Below are positions 1 through 9,703 of a DNA stretch of 64,000 bases, piece after piece; the stretch's first letter is position 1, and each line of letters begins with the position of its first letter. The notes below the pieces were generated by a model. The model had not been told where the DNA came from, did no database searches, and worked only from the letters and a program-made list of their open reading frames with translations. The stretch is from positions 1,063 through 65,062 of the forward strand of contig CAYSUG010000002.1 in assembly GCA_964434145.1 (NCBI GenBank), in the 5' to 3' direction. Both the position numbers and the translations under genes were made by a program. This DNA is from an uncultured Christensenella sp. (GTDB taxonomy: Bacteria > Bacillota > Clostridia > Christensenellales > UBA1242).

Positions 1-44
1 ATCTATACTTAGTCTTAGTTTAAATATAATGACCCGAAATGTCA

Positions 45-84
45 AACAAAAAATAGCGGAAAAGATTATAATTTCCCGCTATTT
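45..84 (-). terminator. Rho-independent terminator closing the phage-like late/lysis operon
   Basis: Minus-strand hairpin (arms ATAGCGGGAAA / TTTCCGCTAT, one bulge) followed directly by TTTTTT, about 20 nt downstream of the stop of ORF 103..372. Confidence 0.6.
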
Positions 85-102
85 CTATCTAATGCAAAAT
101 TT

Positions 103-372
103 TTAGTCTTTGCCCAAATCTTCGACATTCTGCTCTGTGCTATCCACAGAATCTACCTCTGTGTCAGACTTATCCTCTGACATAGTATCTATATCGTTTT
201 TGTCCTTCACCACAATGCCTAGGACGACCAATATGCCACAGAACGACAATATTAGACTCTCTATAAGCGATGTATTGATGTCTATCCCTATTAACCTCTC
301 TATGTCTTCTAGAAAGATTACTACTGCACTAGCCAGACCTACCCAAAAGGCATAATTACTGTATTTTTTCAT
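103..372 (-). CDS. Phage holin (phi-LC3 / Phage_holin_1-like)
   Basis: 89 aa with two hydrophobic helices (FWVGLASAVVIFL; SLILSFCGILVVLGIVV) followed by a highly acidic tail. It is the last gene of the phage-like operon. The pattern resembles phi-LC3-type holins. Confidence 0.65.
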   Translation of the reverse strand: MKKYSNYAFWVGLASAVVIFLEDIERLIGIDINTSLIESLILSFCGILVVLGIVVKDKNDIDTMSEDKSDTEVDSVDSTEQNVEDLGKD

Positions 373-616
373 CTACAACCTCCTGTTTGACTTTCTTCAT
401 ATCTCTATGAGTTGTCGTATGGATAATATCCTTGATCTCTTGCACATCTTCTTTGATCTCTTCTACCGTAGATATAGCCGTGCCTAGTTTATCAATAGTC
501 TCTTGATATTTCTTCTCCCTAGCCCTACTATCCCTTAATACATAGAATAACAGCACCAGAAATAGCACAGCCCACAGCCCGTTATTGATAGCCAGATCGA
601 AGATCTCTTGCCACAT
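356..616 (-). CDS. BhlA/UviB-family holin-like protein
   Basis: 86 aa. The N-terminal TM plus charged stretch GLWAVLFLVLLFYVLRDSRAREKKYQE matches the BhlA/UviB signature as I remember it, followed by a coiled C-terminus. It overlaps the next holin by 17 nt. Confidence 0.6.
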   Translation of the reverse strand: MWQEIFDLAINNGLWAVLFLVLLFYVLRDSRAREKKYQETIDKLGTAISTVEEIKEDVQEIKDIIHTTTHRDMKKVKQEVVDEKIQ

Positions 617-617
617 A

Positions 618-1571
618 TTATTTAGCGTATTTCTCTAATAATTTGGCGACATTGCTTTCGCCCAAGAGCTCAATCAGCTCGGCATTGTTATTCAACTGAT
701 ATAGCGCGTCTTCTTTGGTCATGGCGTCCAAATACTCTGTGGCAATGTTATACTTTTGCGTCTCTTTGTATTTAGTTATCATATTTACGCCATATTTTCC
801 CGCATAATCCATCAAATCTTTTTCTTTGTCCCAATTGGACTCTTTCAATTCTTTTAACATTTCTGCATATTTTTCATTATATTCATTTTCTTTTTCAGCA
901 ATCTGGTTGTTGTATTTCAACACCTCTTGCTGTTTTTCCTCTAACTCTTTAGTCTTCTCATTTATTTTGTCCTGCAATTTTACTGCATACTCTATGTCAA
1001 AGTCCCTTAACGCCTCGCTCTGCTGAGTCTTCAGCGAAGAGATAGAGGTATCTATGTCATTGATACTAGCTGTCAGGTTATCGTTCAGTTCGTTATATCT
1101 TGCCAATTCTGCCTTGTCAAACGCATCTAGCATATTGATAACAATACTACTTCTGCTAAGGCCCCTTCTTAAGGAATCTTGGCTAGCATCTTCCTTTGCC
1201 TCTTTGTAATAACTCTTTGTATTATCCATAGACTCATTATAGTTAGCCTTGACAACCTCTTTGTCATTTTCCAATTGTTTGATTTTGGCTTCCGTAGACT
1301 CATTGATATCATCTATGGATTGCTTCCTGTAATCATACAATTCGTTCTCTGCCTCTTTGGCAACTGCCTCATCGTCAATCTTGACATCCTGCATCCTCTC
1401 ATACTTCACCTCTTCCATATCTATATTGGATTCTTGATCAAAAACTTTGTCATAGTCTGTCAGATCTTTGATAAGGTCATCTATCTTATTCTTTTTAGAG
1501 TTGGAACTAGCCAGCGACATTACTTTGTTGCTGGTCTCGTCATCGATTCTGTACTTATACACGCAGTACAC
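618..1571 (-). CDS. Phage-associated coiled-coil protein, function unknown
   Basis: 317 aa, rich in K/E/D/N and heptad-like, with no catalytic motif. It sits in the operon between the tail-like genes and the holins. The start is uncertain: the GTG at 1571 overlaps the GGAGG, and a GTG at 1562 has better spacing. Confidence 0.45.
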   Translation of the reverse strand: MYCVYKYRIDDETSNKVMSLASSNSKKNKIDDLIKDLTDYDKVFDQESNIDMEEVKYERMQDVKIDDEAVAKEAENELYDYRKQSIDDINESTEAKIKQLENDKEVVKANYNESMDNTKSYYKEAKEDASQDSLRRGLSRSSIVINMLDAFDKAELARYNELNDNLTASINDIDTSISSLKTQQSEALRDFDIEYAVKLQDKINEKTKELEEKQQEVLKYNNQIAEKENEYNEKYAEMLKELKESNWDKEKDLMDYAGKYGVNMITKYKETQKYNIATEYLDAMTKEDALYQLNNNAELIELLGESNVAKLLEKYAK

Positions 1572-1649
1572 CTCCCTTTTGTAGAAAAATATTCTGTTAG
1601 AAAATATTTGCGGACTATTTTATAAATATCATTTCTTGTTAGCATCATC

Positions 1650-2831
1650 CTATACCGTCAAATAACCATTATATATCAATATCTCGCCGTGACTAAGATA
1701 TATAGCGTCAGAGCAAGGAATATGTGTGGATTCATCACTCAAAATCACATCATCATAGGTAGAGAATGTTAATGACTTTTTCTCCACACGACCACCTTTG
1801 GACAGATAGCAATAAGACACGTCTGATGTAGCAGACATAGACACATCATCGTAGTCTCCTAATAGATGAGAAGAGGTGATAACTGCATCACCAATAACAA
1901 CTCCTAGTAGATATATCGCACCCGATCTGCCCGTTATCGCTATCAATTCTGGCAAAACAGAATCACTGCATTTCTGAATCGTGCGTAGTATTGGATTCTT
2001 GGTCGTCACCCATGGGACAACCGTTTCTATCCACTCTCCGTCTACCATGTTACAACTAATGAGCTGTCCGCCACTAGCAATACTATTTATGTAATATATC
2101 ACTAATTGATTAGCATTGTTGGACAAAGCCGCAGTCTGAACCATAGCACCATGTATAGTAGTCGGAGTTGCATAGTTGTCGTCACTAGTGTAATATACCA
2201 GATAACCATTAGATGCAATGCCTAACACTAAATGAGTGCTGCCAACAAACAAATTAGTATCTATTATAGATTTTGCATCCAATAGTTTTACTGGAATAAT
2301 ACAACTATCAGCCACGACTCCTTGCTGCAGATCTGAGAAATTAGTATACTTCATAACAATACACTCGCCCAATCCACGATGCGTCACATATACATTGTCG
2401 CCAACCTCTGATATAGTCATAGCACAGCCATTGTCTATTACAGCGCCGGTTATTTCTACATTGATGTCATATAGCATTTCAGACTCAGAATCCATTGTTA
2501 TATTTAGCGTAGCAGTATCGGCTATTGGCACATCAATATTTAACCCATTAGCATATCTACCCAGATATACAGCAACCCCATTCACTATAATACTTATTGC
2601 AATATTATCATAGTTGTTGTCATTATCATTATATATTTTGACATTTATATATCCACTATCGCCATTTATAATAGTTGTTTTGTTAATACTTGTAGTTGTT
2701 TGATATATCTTGTATTTGATAGTTTTGTTAGATTTCGCAGCATTACTAGTATAAGTGCCCCGATTTCTTTTCAAGTCCTCCATTGCATAATATGCACGCT
2801 TGCCGAAATTGTCTGTTACATCATATTTCAT
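1650..2831 (-). CDS. Phage structural protein (tail / receptor-binding candidate)
   Basis: 393 aa and beta-rich, with no TM. Its ATG overlaps the upstream stop (ATGA at 2828-2831). The call rests on position distal to the head genes only. Confidence 0.4.
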   Translation of the reverse strand: MKYDVTDNFGKRAYYAMEDLKRNRGTYTSNAAKSNKTIKYKIYQTTTSINKTTIINGDSGYINVKIYNDNDNNYDNIAISIIVNGVAVYLGRYANGLNIDVPIADTATLNITMDSESEMLYDINVEITGAVIDNGCAMTISEVGDNVYVTHRGLGECIVMKYTNFSDLQQGVVADSCIIPVKLLDAKSIIDTNLFVGSTHLVLGIASNGYLVYYTSDDNYATPTTIHGAMVQTAALSNNANQLVIYYINSIASGGQLISCNMVDGEWIETVVPWVTTKNPILRTIQKCSDSVLPELIAITGRSGAIYLLGVVIGDAVITSSHLLGDYDDVSMSATSDVSYCYLSKGGRVEKKSLTFSTYDDVILSDESTHIPCSDAIYLSHGEILIYNGYLTV

Positions 2832-4318
2832 ACTCTACCTACTATAATCTGTGGATTAGAAATATTTACTTCTGCGTCATTACTAACAAAGTCTATTGCC
2901 AGTTCCTTTGCCTTGATATTAGCATTGATTGTCGATATTTTCTTTCCGCCATTGATGCTATATCTTCTAGTCTGATTCTCTGTTCTAACAACGACATCTA
3001 CATCACTATCACTACTCAGTGTAATAGATTTTAACAACTTATAATTCATAGAATAATCGAATGATGTCATAGGCGACTTCCACACCTTGGTAGTAGGCTC
3101 GCCAAATACCGATCCTATCTTACCAACCTCACCTACCTTGTACGAATCACCAGACTTTATACACACCACTAATTTGCTCTCTATCTTCGTATTCAGTGTC
3201 TGAACATTGATAATATCATAGCCACGCAAGATATTAATTTCGCCAGTCCTTATATCCACCTCTAGCAAGACATTGTTGTCGTACTCACCCTCTTCGCACC
3301 CAACAATATCATCGTCCATTATTAGCCTGCAGGCTAGATAATATCTGCCATTGAAATAACTTGCTTTTGCATTGTCATTATAATTTTTTTCAAACAAAGA
3401 ATTTAGTTTTAGATCATATTTCTTAGTGGTTAATCCAGAGAAGTAATATATGCCGTCAGCAGCCAAGAACATAATCCTATCACCACAGACCTTGACCGTG
3501 TCTGTGTATATCTTGGTACTGGATGTAAACAGTGGAATGACTTGGAAATCAGTCTGGTCGGCATAAGCCACAATTCTATCTATTCCATATTCTCTGAAGA
3601 CATACAACGAGTCATTGAAACTAATAACCTTGTTAGACATTCCTCTCTCGTCCATTAAGTTAATGAATCCACCCTCGGTCAGACTCTGTGACCAATTAGT
3701 AGGATCCAGATCGTCGCTGAAATATATGGTGCGTCTATCTCCGCCAGAGGTAGCATACATCCTCTCATAGTGCATACACATACTGGTGATAACAGGTGCA
3801 TCCTCTATCTTCTTTACCTTAGACAATCCGTCCCAGATATACATCCCGTCCTCTTCTGTAGCAATGATGACACAGTCTTCTCCATTTAGGTTATAATTCG
3901 CCACCATGGGGATAGATTGTAGACTTAGTCCTAACTTGATTTTGTTATCTGGCTTGGTATATATAGTATAAGCATACACATCCTTGTCAGAGCCATACAC
4001 TAGCAGTGTATCAAATGGCACATTGTAGTATGTATCGTAGCATACAAATGTATATGTCGCCAGCGCATCTACGCCATCCGGCATCACAATTTTCTTAATC
4101 TTAGTTCTGTCATCGAAGTCATAGCATAGCTCCAGATCCTTGACACCCAACCCCGTCTTCAATGCTCCATTCTGATAACAATAATTGTATGTAGTAGTCG
4201 CATATCTGACTGGCAACAATTTCTCGTCATAATCTGTATTGATTCCATTAGCAAATGATGCATAGTTGTACTTGCTATAGCTTACACTCTTAGACTTGAT
4301 CTTGTTATCATAATACAT
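2828..4318 (-). CDS. Phage structural protein (tail-like, possible beta-propeller)
   Basis: 496 aa, directly abutting the adaptor-like gene (4319). Repetitive beta-strand-like segments. No enzymatic motif recognised. Confidence 0.4.
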   Translation of the reverse strand: MYYDNKIKSKSVSYSKYNYASFANGINTDYDEKLLPVRYATTTYNYCYQNGALKTGLGVKDLELCYDFDDRTKIKKIVMPDGVDALATYTFVCYDTYYNVPFDTLLVYGSDKDVYAYTIYTKPDNKIKLGLSLQSIPMVANYNLNGEDCVIIATEEDGMYIWDGLSKVKKIEDAPVITSMCMHYERMYATSGGDRRTIYFSDDLDPTNWSQSLTEGGFINLMDERGMSNKVISFNDSLYVFREYGIDRIVAYADQTDFQVIPLFTSSTKIYTDTVKVCGDRIMFLAADGIYYFSGLTTKKYDLKLNSLFEKNYNDNAKASYFNGRYYLACRLIMDDDIVGCEEGEYDNNVLLEVDIRTGEINILRGYDIINVQTLNTKIESKLVVCIKSGDSYKVGEVGKIGSVFGEPTTKVWKSPMTSFDYSMNYKLLKSITLSSDSDVDVVVRTENQTRRYSINGGKKISTINANIKAKELAIDFVSNDAEVNISNPQIIVGRV

Positions 4319-4885
4319 CTATTGCCACCACCTTCTCTTCGGCATAGCCACTTCTCGTCTAGGACGCATAATACTGCGCATCGCGTTTTTAAATCTGTCT
4401 TCCCAAATACTGGCATCATCACCATTGCCGCGGATAAATAAATATTCGCTAACTACACCCATTGACACAACCCTCTCTGTCAGATCCACACAAAACTCAT
4501 CTATCGTGTCATTGAATGTATACTCTCTTGGGAAATACGAGTATGTAATATCCACATCACCCTTAGCACACACAATCCCGCCAGCTATTATCTTGAAATG
4601 TAATTTCTGCCCATAAGAATCTGTAATTCTTAATATCTTATATAATTGCTCCTTAGCGAAACCCTGCAGCGGAATAATACCCGACACATTAATCACTCTC
4701 TTTGTCTTAGTCAGTGGGATATAATCTGTAGCGATAGAATTGCACACCAGATTAATGCAGTTAATTAATAGCTCCATATCATCATTCTCTACTTCTTCTA
4801 TAGTTGTAGTAGACCTCAATATATCTTCTAGTTCTTTCAATTGCAACATAGTTACACTCTGTTTTATTATCTTATTTACTTCCAT
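4319..4885 (-). CDS. Head-tail adaptor/connector-like protein
   Basis: 188 aa located downstream of the capsid gene. The C-terminal pattern (EYLFIRGNGDDASIWEDRFKNAM) resembles gp6-type head-tail connector proteins. The call rests on position and weak motif only. Confidence 0.35.
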   Translation of the reverse strand: MEVNKIIKQSVTMLQLKELEDILRSTTTIEEVENDDMELLINCINLVCNSIATDYIPLTKTKRVINVSGIIPLQGFAKEQLYKILRITDSYGQKLHFKIIAGGIVCAKGDVDITYSYFPREYTFNDTIDEFCVDLTERVVSMGVVSEYLFIRGNGDDASIWEDRFKNAMRSIMRPRREVAMPKRRWWQ

Positions 4886-4897
4886 TATCCTCTCCGT

Positions 4898-5278
4898 CTA
4901 TAGCCATTTAGTATTCATCGCTTGTCCCCAATCGTATCTTTTTGTGCTAGAATTCAGATTATCATACACGTCCTTTAGATTGGAGTCTATATATTCACTT
5001 CTTTTAGCTTCTCTATCATTATCTATACTTGCATTGTTTAGCTCTATATCTCTAATTAGGTTAGGATTATGCACTAGACTGGTAGTATACACATAGTCTA
5101 TCAGCCTGCTATCAAGCGTAGCATATGGACAAGTCAAACAGTAGCTATCCTTTAACCCGCTCATATGCACTTCCCACTTGTTATTTCTCTTATTAAATAC
5201 AATATAGTATCGCCCATCAATCTGCTGCAACCTACGCAATATCCCGAACATATCTCTACTGATTTTTGTCCTATACAT
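4898..5278 (-). CDS. Phage hypothetical protein
   Basis: 126-aa ORF with SD GGAGAGGA upstream, lying in the head-gene block. No recognisable motif. Confidence 0.4.
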   Translation of the reverse strand: MYRTKISRDMFGILRRLQQIDGRYYIVFNKRNNKWEVHMSGLKDSYCLTCPYATLDSRLIDYVYTTSLVHNPNLIRDIELNNASIDNDREAKRSEYIDSNLKDVYDNLNSSTKRYDWGQAMNTKWL

Positions 5279-5301
5279 AATCCTCTCCTATATTAAAGAT
5301 A

Positions 5302-5325
5302 TAGGCTACGATGTCTCGTAGCCTA
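5302..5325 (-). promoter_or_regulatory. Stem-loop immediately after the major capsid gene (partial terminator / mRNA stabiliser)
   Basis: Perfect 9-bp arms TAGGCTACG / CGTAGCCTA with a 6-nt loop, 20 nt downstream of the capsid stop. Such post-capsid hairpins are common in phage late operons. Confidence 0.45.
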
Positions 5326-5345
5326 ATATTTTTTTTATTTATCCA

Positions 5346-6530
5346 TTAAGCAACAGCGATGCCAGACAATTTTGCTTGGCCATTTGGCTTGTCACAGATA
5401 AGGTCAGCATATTTTACCAATGTAGCAGTATACACTGGATATCCTTGCTTTTGCTTAATAATTCTGCCATCCTCGCCTTCTAACCATTGCCAATCGCATA
5501 GTTGATGCAATGTGAATTCCTTAGTATTAAGTAGATACATCTCGTCATCTGCAATGAATCTGTCAGATACCACTGGAATACCTGCATAAGATATAGCCTT
5601 GTAGCCACCTGCTAGATCCATGATGTCTATGTTTCTTCTGAATGTGTTAAGGTATGCCTGATATGCTCTCTTCACAGCACTAGAACAAGTTATGAAGTCT
5701 ACAGTACTACCAGCAAACTCTTCCATCTCGTCTATTGCAGTCTGGATAACAGTATCAGAAATCTCTCCTACGCTCTCCTTTGTATAAGGATTTAGCCAAG
5801 GATAATTAGCCTTAGTCAAACCATACAATGTCTCTGCACTAGCATCAAATAATTTGCCAAGACCAGTAATCTCGTTATTAAATGAGCCTTGTACAACCAA
5901 AGCCTGCGTAGCAGTTAACTCTGTAGCAATGCTGCTATCAAATGTGATAGTCTTAGCTACTCTGTCCACATACGCTACACGCTTAGCACCATTGGCACTC
6001 TTCTCGCCAGTAGTTGTGTCCACAAAGTCAATGTACATTCCCTCAATAACATTCTTCACACTGTCTACAGCAACCAACGCAGAACCTGCTGTATGAGATA
6101 CAACTTTAGCTAACACTCCGCTGCCGTCGCCGTATAACATTCTGCCCATATTGAATGTACTAGCCTTGATCAAGCCCTCCATTTCTGCATTCAGTAGATT
6201 AACGAATGCACCGGCATTGTTCTGACTAGCTCTCATAGCCTTGTCAGATATTTCTATTGTTCCAAATAGATTCTTCAGTCCTGTCACGAACTTAACATAC
6301 TTATTCTCTTGTGCTACTGGTAGCATATCTGTCTCGCCACCTGCACCTATTCCGCCATTAATTCCATATGGAGCCAATTTGATAATTTCCTTGCCCCATA
6401 CATCTGCAGTAGACTGCTTAATCTTATTTAGCAGAGGATTAGCATTGATATTCAACTGGTCAGATACTACACCTAGATACACTGACTTCAACGCATCTTC
6501 TGCTGTCTGTAATGTAACCATTATTTTCAC
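5346..6530 (-). CDS. Phage major capsid protein
   Basis: 394 aa in the canonical terminase-portal-scaffold-capsid order. The sequence style (…DKAMRASQNNAGAFVNLLNAEMEGLIKA…GRMLYGDGSG) is typical of HK97-fold capsid proteins. A strong SD is present. Confidence 0.7.
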   Translation of the reverse strand: MKIMVTLQTAEDALKSVYLGVVSDQLNINANPLLNKIKQSTADVWGKEIIKLAPYGINGGIGAGGETDMLPVAQENKYVKFVTGLKNLFGTIEISDKAMRASQNNAGAFVNLLNAEMEGLIKASTFNMGRMLYGDGSGVLAKVVSHTAGSALVAVDSVKNVIEGMYIDFVDTTTGEKSANGAKRVAYVDRVAKTITFDSSIATELTATQALVVQGSFNNEITGLGKLFDASAETLYGLTKANYPWLNPYTKESVGEISDTVIQTAIDEMEEFAGSTVDFITCSSAVKRAYQAYLNTFRRNIDIMDLAGGYKAISYAGIPVVSDRFIADDEMYLLNTKEFTLHQLCDWQWLEGEDGRIIKQKQGYPVYTATLVKYADLICDKPNGQAKLSGIAVA

Positions 6531-6539
6531 TCCTTTTCA

Positions 6540-7178
6540 CTATTTGTGGAATAATCGCTCTACAATCTCCCTTGCTTCGCTCAGATTCCTTGGTTTGGTT
6601 GGAGATATTACACCTACACTATCACCCTTTGCCTTTATCATAATAGGCGGCGTCGTGTTGGCCTTGAGTTCTGTTAGATAATCTGATACAATTTTCGATC
6701 TAATCTTGTCATTGGAATATACATAATCCGCCAAGAATGTCTCATCTGCTATCAGATCACTCTCTTTTCTGTATCTATTAGCTACGACCTTGTTGTACGC
6801 CAAGTCTAGACAATTGGGCATACACGCCAGATTCTCATCTTGCATAATAGTCTTTGCTATATCTACGGCGAAATCTGATGCATACTTATTTTCTTCTAAG
6901 TATGCATCTATCTCGCTGCGCCAATTTTCAGTCTTGTACATCGGTACCCTAGGGGCATTATCGACAATATTTTTCTGCAGTTCGCTCAACATCTGACTCT
7001 TTTTTGTAAACTCTTTCTCCAACTCTTTGTAGCCATTGAACAAACTATCGGCGTCTTTGAATTTACCATACAAGGAGCCAGACTGCCTTACGTCATTACT
7101 ACATTCCTCACTCGCCGCTGCGACATTAACCGTACAAGACTGGTCTGGTTGTTCCTTGATATCATTAATATCTTCCAT
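6540..7178 (-). CDS. Capsid scaffolding protein (candidate)
   Basis: 212 aa, acidic and helical, lying between the portal and capsid genes. Confidence 0.5.
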   Translation of the reverse strand: MEDINDIKEQPDQSCTVNVAAASEECSNDVRQSGSLYGKFKDADSLFNGYKELEKEFTKKSQMLSELQKNIVDNAPRVPMYKTENWRSEIDAYLEENKYASDFAVDIAKTIMQDENLACMPNCLDLAYNKVVANRYRKESDLIADETFLADYVYSNDKIRSKIVSDYLTELKANTTPPIMIKAKGDSVGVISPTKPRNLSEAREIVERLFHK

Positions 7179-7186
7179 ATACCCTC

Positions 7187-9106
7187 CTAATTATTGGTTT
7201 TGTTCTCTGTGTTTTCTAACATGGCGGTTACCTCCATGTATTTCTTGTGCATATGTATATGCTCCAATAGTTTTTCTTCCAATTCTGGTTTCTCTCTCAG
7301 CTGTATCTTGAAATCATTGGATAATATGAAGCATCTGTGCTCCTTGATATGTGTGTCATGGTCATCTATCTCTCTTGGCTCAGCTATTACGCCATCTAGC
7401 ATCAACTCTACATTCTCTTTTTCTGCAGAACAGCTCTGCAATGTCTTCTCGTCCATTGTGTTGTCCCAGATGTCGAAACCTAGCTCTGACAGAATCTTGT
7501 GCCTCATGCCGTTACTTAGCTTGCCGTCCTCGTCATGCAATAGCCCCGCGCTCAGTGCCTCCATTATAGAGCTACGCCTCTGCGCCAGCGATTGATTCAA
7601 TTCGTAATCGGTCTCAAATACTACATCTTCCGTCGCCAGATTTGACCCTTTCCAATATAGCAACTCTACTGCACCGTTGTTACCAACCAATCTAGTTGTA
7701 TGAGGGAATACGGCAAACTGCTTGTATAGCCTTAGTACCATTTTTGCAATCTCTAACACACACATCTTTAAGTTCTCTGCACTCGTCAGCATTCTTACCT
7801 CGTCTTGCTCTATTAGTAATTGCAACGCCGTTCCACTAAGGTTGCCAGATATACTCTTGGTTGTAATCAGATCACTAACACCAGATATCTCTATGAATTC
7901 GTTCAATAGCTGCTTCTCTTCGTATTGAAAATCTACTGGCACATCACCAGTATTCAATAGCCTTGGTGGTGTAGAACCATTTCTGTACACCAAGACCTTG
8001 CCCGGCATCATTCCATCCTCCTCTAAGTTGTCTATATCCACACTGCCGTCCTCAACTGCAAATACACCCATGGACAGCCTATTAAGGAACTCATGCTTTC
8101 TGTTCTTAATAGCATTGTACGACCTCTGAATTGGAATCAATCTGTCTATTATACTCACGCCCCAGAAAGAATTAGGCACTGTAGACGATGTCTGCTTAAC
8201 AAACGGATACCCTCGCTTCCCTTCCGCATGATTGATATATGGCAGTTCACCCATATATAACAACCTATCTCCAGCCACAATGCTGACTCTGCCTTCTGGT
8301 AAATCTACAGACGGCATCTCGTATTTTTCTAATACTAATACATGGTTTTTCCGAATCTGCTTCGATACATTGGATGAATATACCGAGGATAAATTATTAC
8401 TAGGCATAGCCTCTAAGGTATAGCAATCTATATCTTTGCCCTCTAGTACTACTCCCCAGATATTTTTTACAGCATCTACGTGCAATGCCCTAGCATGAAT
8501 GATAGATGCACAGTCCTCGATGTTAGAATACGTATTGCTGTCTGGATATATCTCAAATGGACTGACTACACTAATCTCAATATCTCCCTCATGTATCTCA
8601 CTGCCTAGGTCATCCTTACCCACGACTCTGCCCTTAGACTCGCTCCAGCCAATTTTGTAGAAACTAGTTCCGCATATCTCACTCCATGTTGTGCCTTCAG
8701 CAAGCAACTTCGATATATTCGTCTCGTAAGATATTGCATTTAGTATTTTTTTACTTACCTTTGCCGCAGATACATCATTGACATTGTCGCTAAATGGAAT
8801 AACATTTAGCGTAGGCCTAACCTTACTTAACTTGCTTAATCTCAAGTCCAATATAGGCGCAATATGATTGTATACTTGACGTTCTTCCCACATATATTGT
8901 CTGTGGTTATCTACCACATCACCCTTGCCGTCTACAACACAATGTTGGTTGCCTATGTAGAAATTAATATTCATCTGCCATTTTGTATCATATGGTTTTC
9001 TTGATACTTGTCTGTCTCTGAAGTCCTCTAGCAGCATTGCTACATATTCTTTTTCAAACTCTTCTATACTTTCATTTTTCTTGGAATCAATCTTCTTTCT
9101 TCCCAT
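7187..9106 (-). CDS. Phage portal protein
   Basis: 639 aa. The N-terminal motif …KPYDTKWQMNINFYIGNQH…NHIAPILDLRLSKLSKVRP is typical of portal proteins, and the gene follows the terminase. Its start overlaps the upstream stop (TAATG). Confidence 0.75.
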   Translation of the reverse strand: MGRKKIDSKKNESIEEFEKEYVAMLLEDFRDRQVSRKPYDTKWQMNINFYIGNQHCVVDGKGDVVDNHRQYMWEERQVYNHIAPILDLRLSKLSKVRPTLNVIPFSDNVNDVSAAKVSKKILNAISYETNISKLLAEGTTWSEICGTSFYKIGWSESKGRVVGKDDLGSEIHEGDIEISVVSPFEIYPDSNTYSNIEDCASIIHARALHVDAVKNIWGVVLEGKDIDCYTLEAMPSNNLSSVYSSNVSKQIRKNHVLVLEKYEMPSVDLPEGRVSIVAGDRLLYMGELPYINHAEGKRGYPFVKQTSSTVPNSFWGVSIIDRLIPIQRSYNAIKNRKHEFLNRLSMGVFAVEDGSVDIDNLEEDGMMPGKVLVYRNGSTPPRLLNTGDVPVDFQYEEKQLLNEFIEISGVSDLITTKSISGNLSGTALQLLIEQDEVRMLTSAENLKMCVLEIAKMVLRLYKQFAVFPHTTRLVGNNGAVELLYWKGSNLATEDVVFETDYELNQSLAQRRSSIMEALSAGLLHDEDGKLSNGMRHKILSELGFDIWDNTMDEKTLQSCSAEKENVELMLDGVIAEPREIDDHDTHIKEHRCFILSNDFKIQLREKPELEEKLLEHIHMHKKYMEVTAMLENTENKTNN

Positions 9107-9288
9107 TATACTACCTCACTTTCTTGTTTTTTTGTTTTGGTTGTCTGTGCCAAATCTTTGACACAATGGCTGCATATAGCTATCCCTCTACAGCCAGAGT
9201 CTGTCCCTTGATGATACATATGCGTTGCCGCATTCTTGCACCCTGGAATCTCACACTTTATTAGATACTTAGCCTTTGTCCCGAACAT
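9106..9288 (-). CDS. Small Cys-rich (zinc-ribbon-like) phage protein
   Basis: 60 aa with the cysteine pattern C-x4-C … C-x5-C-x2-C. It is translationally coupled to the portal gene. Confidence 0.4.
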   Translation of the reverse strand: MFGTKAKYLIKCEIPGCKNAATHMYHQGTDSGCRGIAICSHCVKDLAQTTKTKKQESEVV

Positions 9289-9292
9289 ATAT

Positions 9293-9676
9293 CTACTCCT
9301 TTTTTAATTTTTTAAACATTTCCATTAATTTCTGCTGTTCTCTTAATAATGCATCATCAGACAAGTTCTCATAGTCTCCACCACCTTTGTTCTCTCCTAG
9401 TGCCAATTCTATGGCGTCTAGGTCTGGTGGATATGCCTTGGTACTTACCTTTCTCTTCATTAGTACCAGATCCTTGTCCACCCTAGAATATTCTTCTACC
9501 ACCTCGCTGACCTCGTAGCCCAATGCCTTTTTTAATAACGCATCTTGGATATTGCTGGATAACGGATTCTCTGTAATGCTTGTTTTTGTTATTTTCTTTG
9601 CCACATCTGCCCCTCGCCTTCGTTTCACATCTATAGTAAACACCCTAATTTGCCGTATTTCAAATTTTAGTGACAA
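9293..9676 (-). CDS. Terminase small-subunit-like protein (tentative)
   Basis: The segment ALLKKALGYEVSEVVEEYS…KRKVSTKAYPPDLDAIELAL resembles the C-terminal motif of Firmicute phage small terminases. The likely true start is the GTG at 9604 (SD GAGGGG 5 nt upstream). The position after terL is atypical. Confidence 0.35.
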   Translation of the reverse strand: MSLKFEIRQIRVFTIDVKRRRGADVAKKITKTSITENPLSSNIQDALLKKALGYEVSEVVEEYSRVDKDLVLMKRKVSTKAYPPDLDAIELALGENKGGGDYENLSDDALLREQQKLMEMFKKLKKE

Positions 9677-9703
9677 AATTTTTGCAAAAAAATATTACAA
9701 GCA

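Noticed and set aside
2828-2831. The possibility of an alternative genetic code (UGA = Trp), given the very low G+C.
   Set aside because: TGA functions as a stop, as in the ATGA stop/start junction at 2828-2831. Trp is encoded by TGG throughout, and all conserved genes (tyrS, sleB, terL) read through correctly with the standard code.
1650-4318. A diversity-generating retroelement or other hypervariation system acting on the tail-like proteins.
   Set aside because: No reverse transcriptase ORF and no template/variable repeat pair are visible anywhere in the phage-like cluster.
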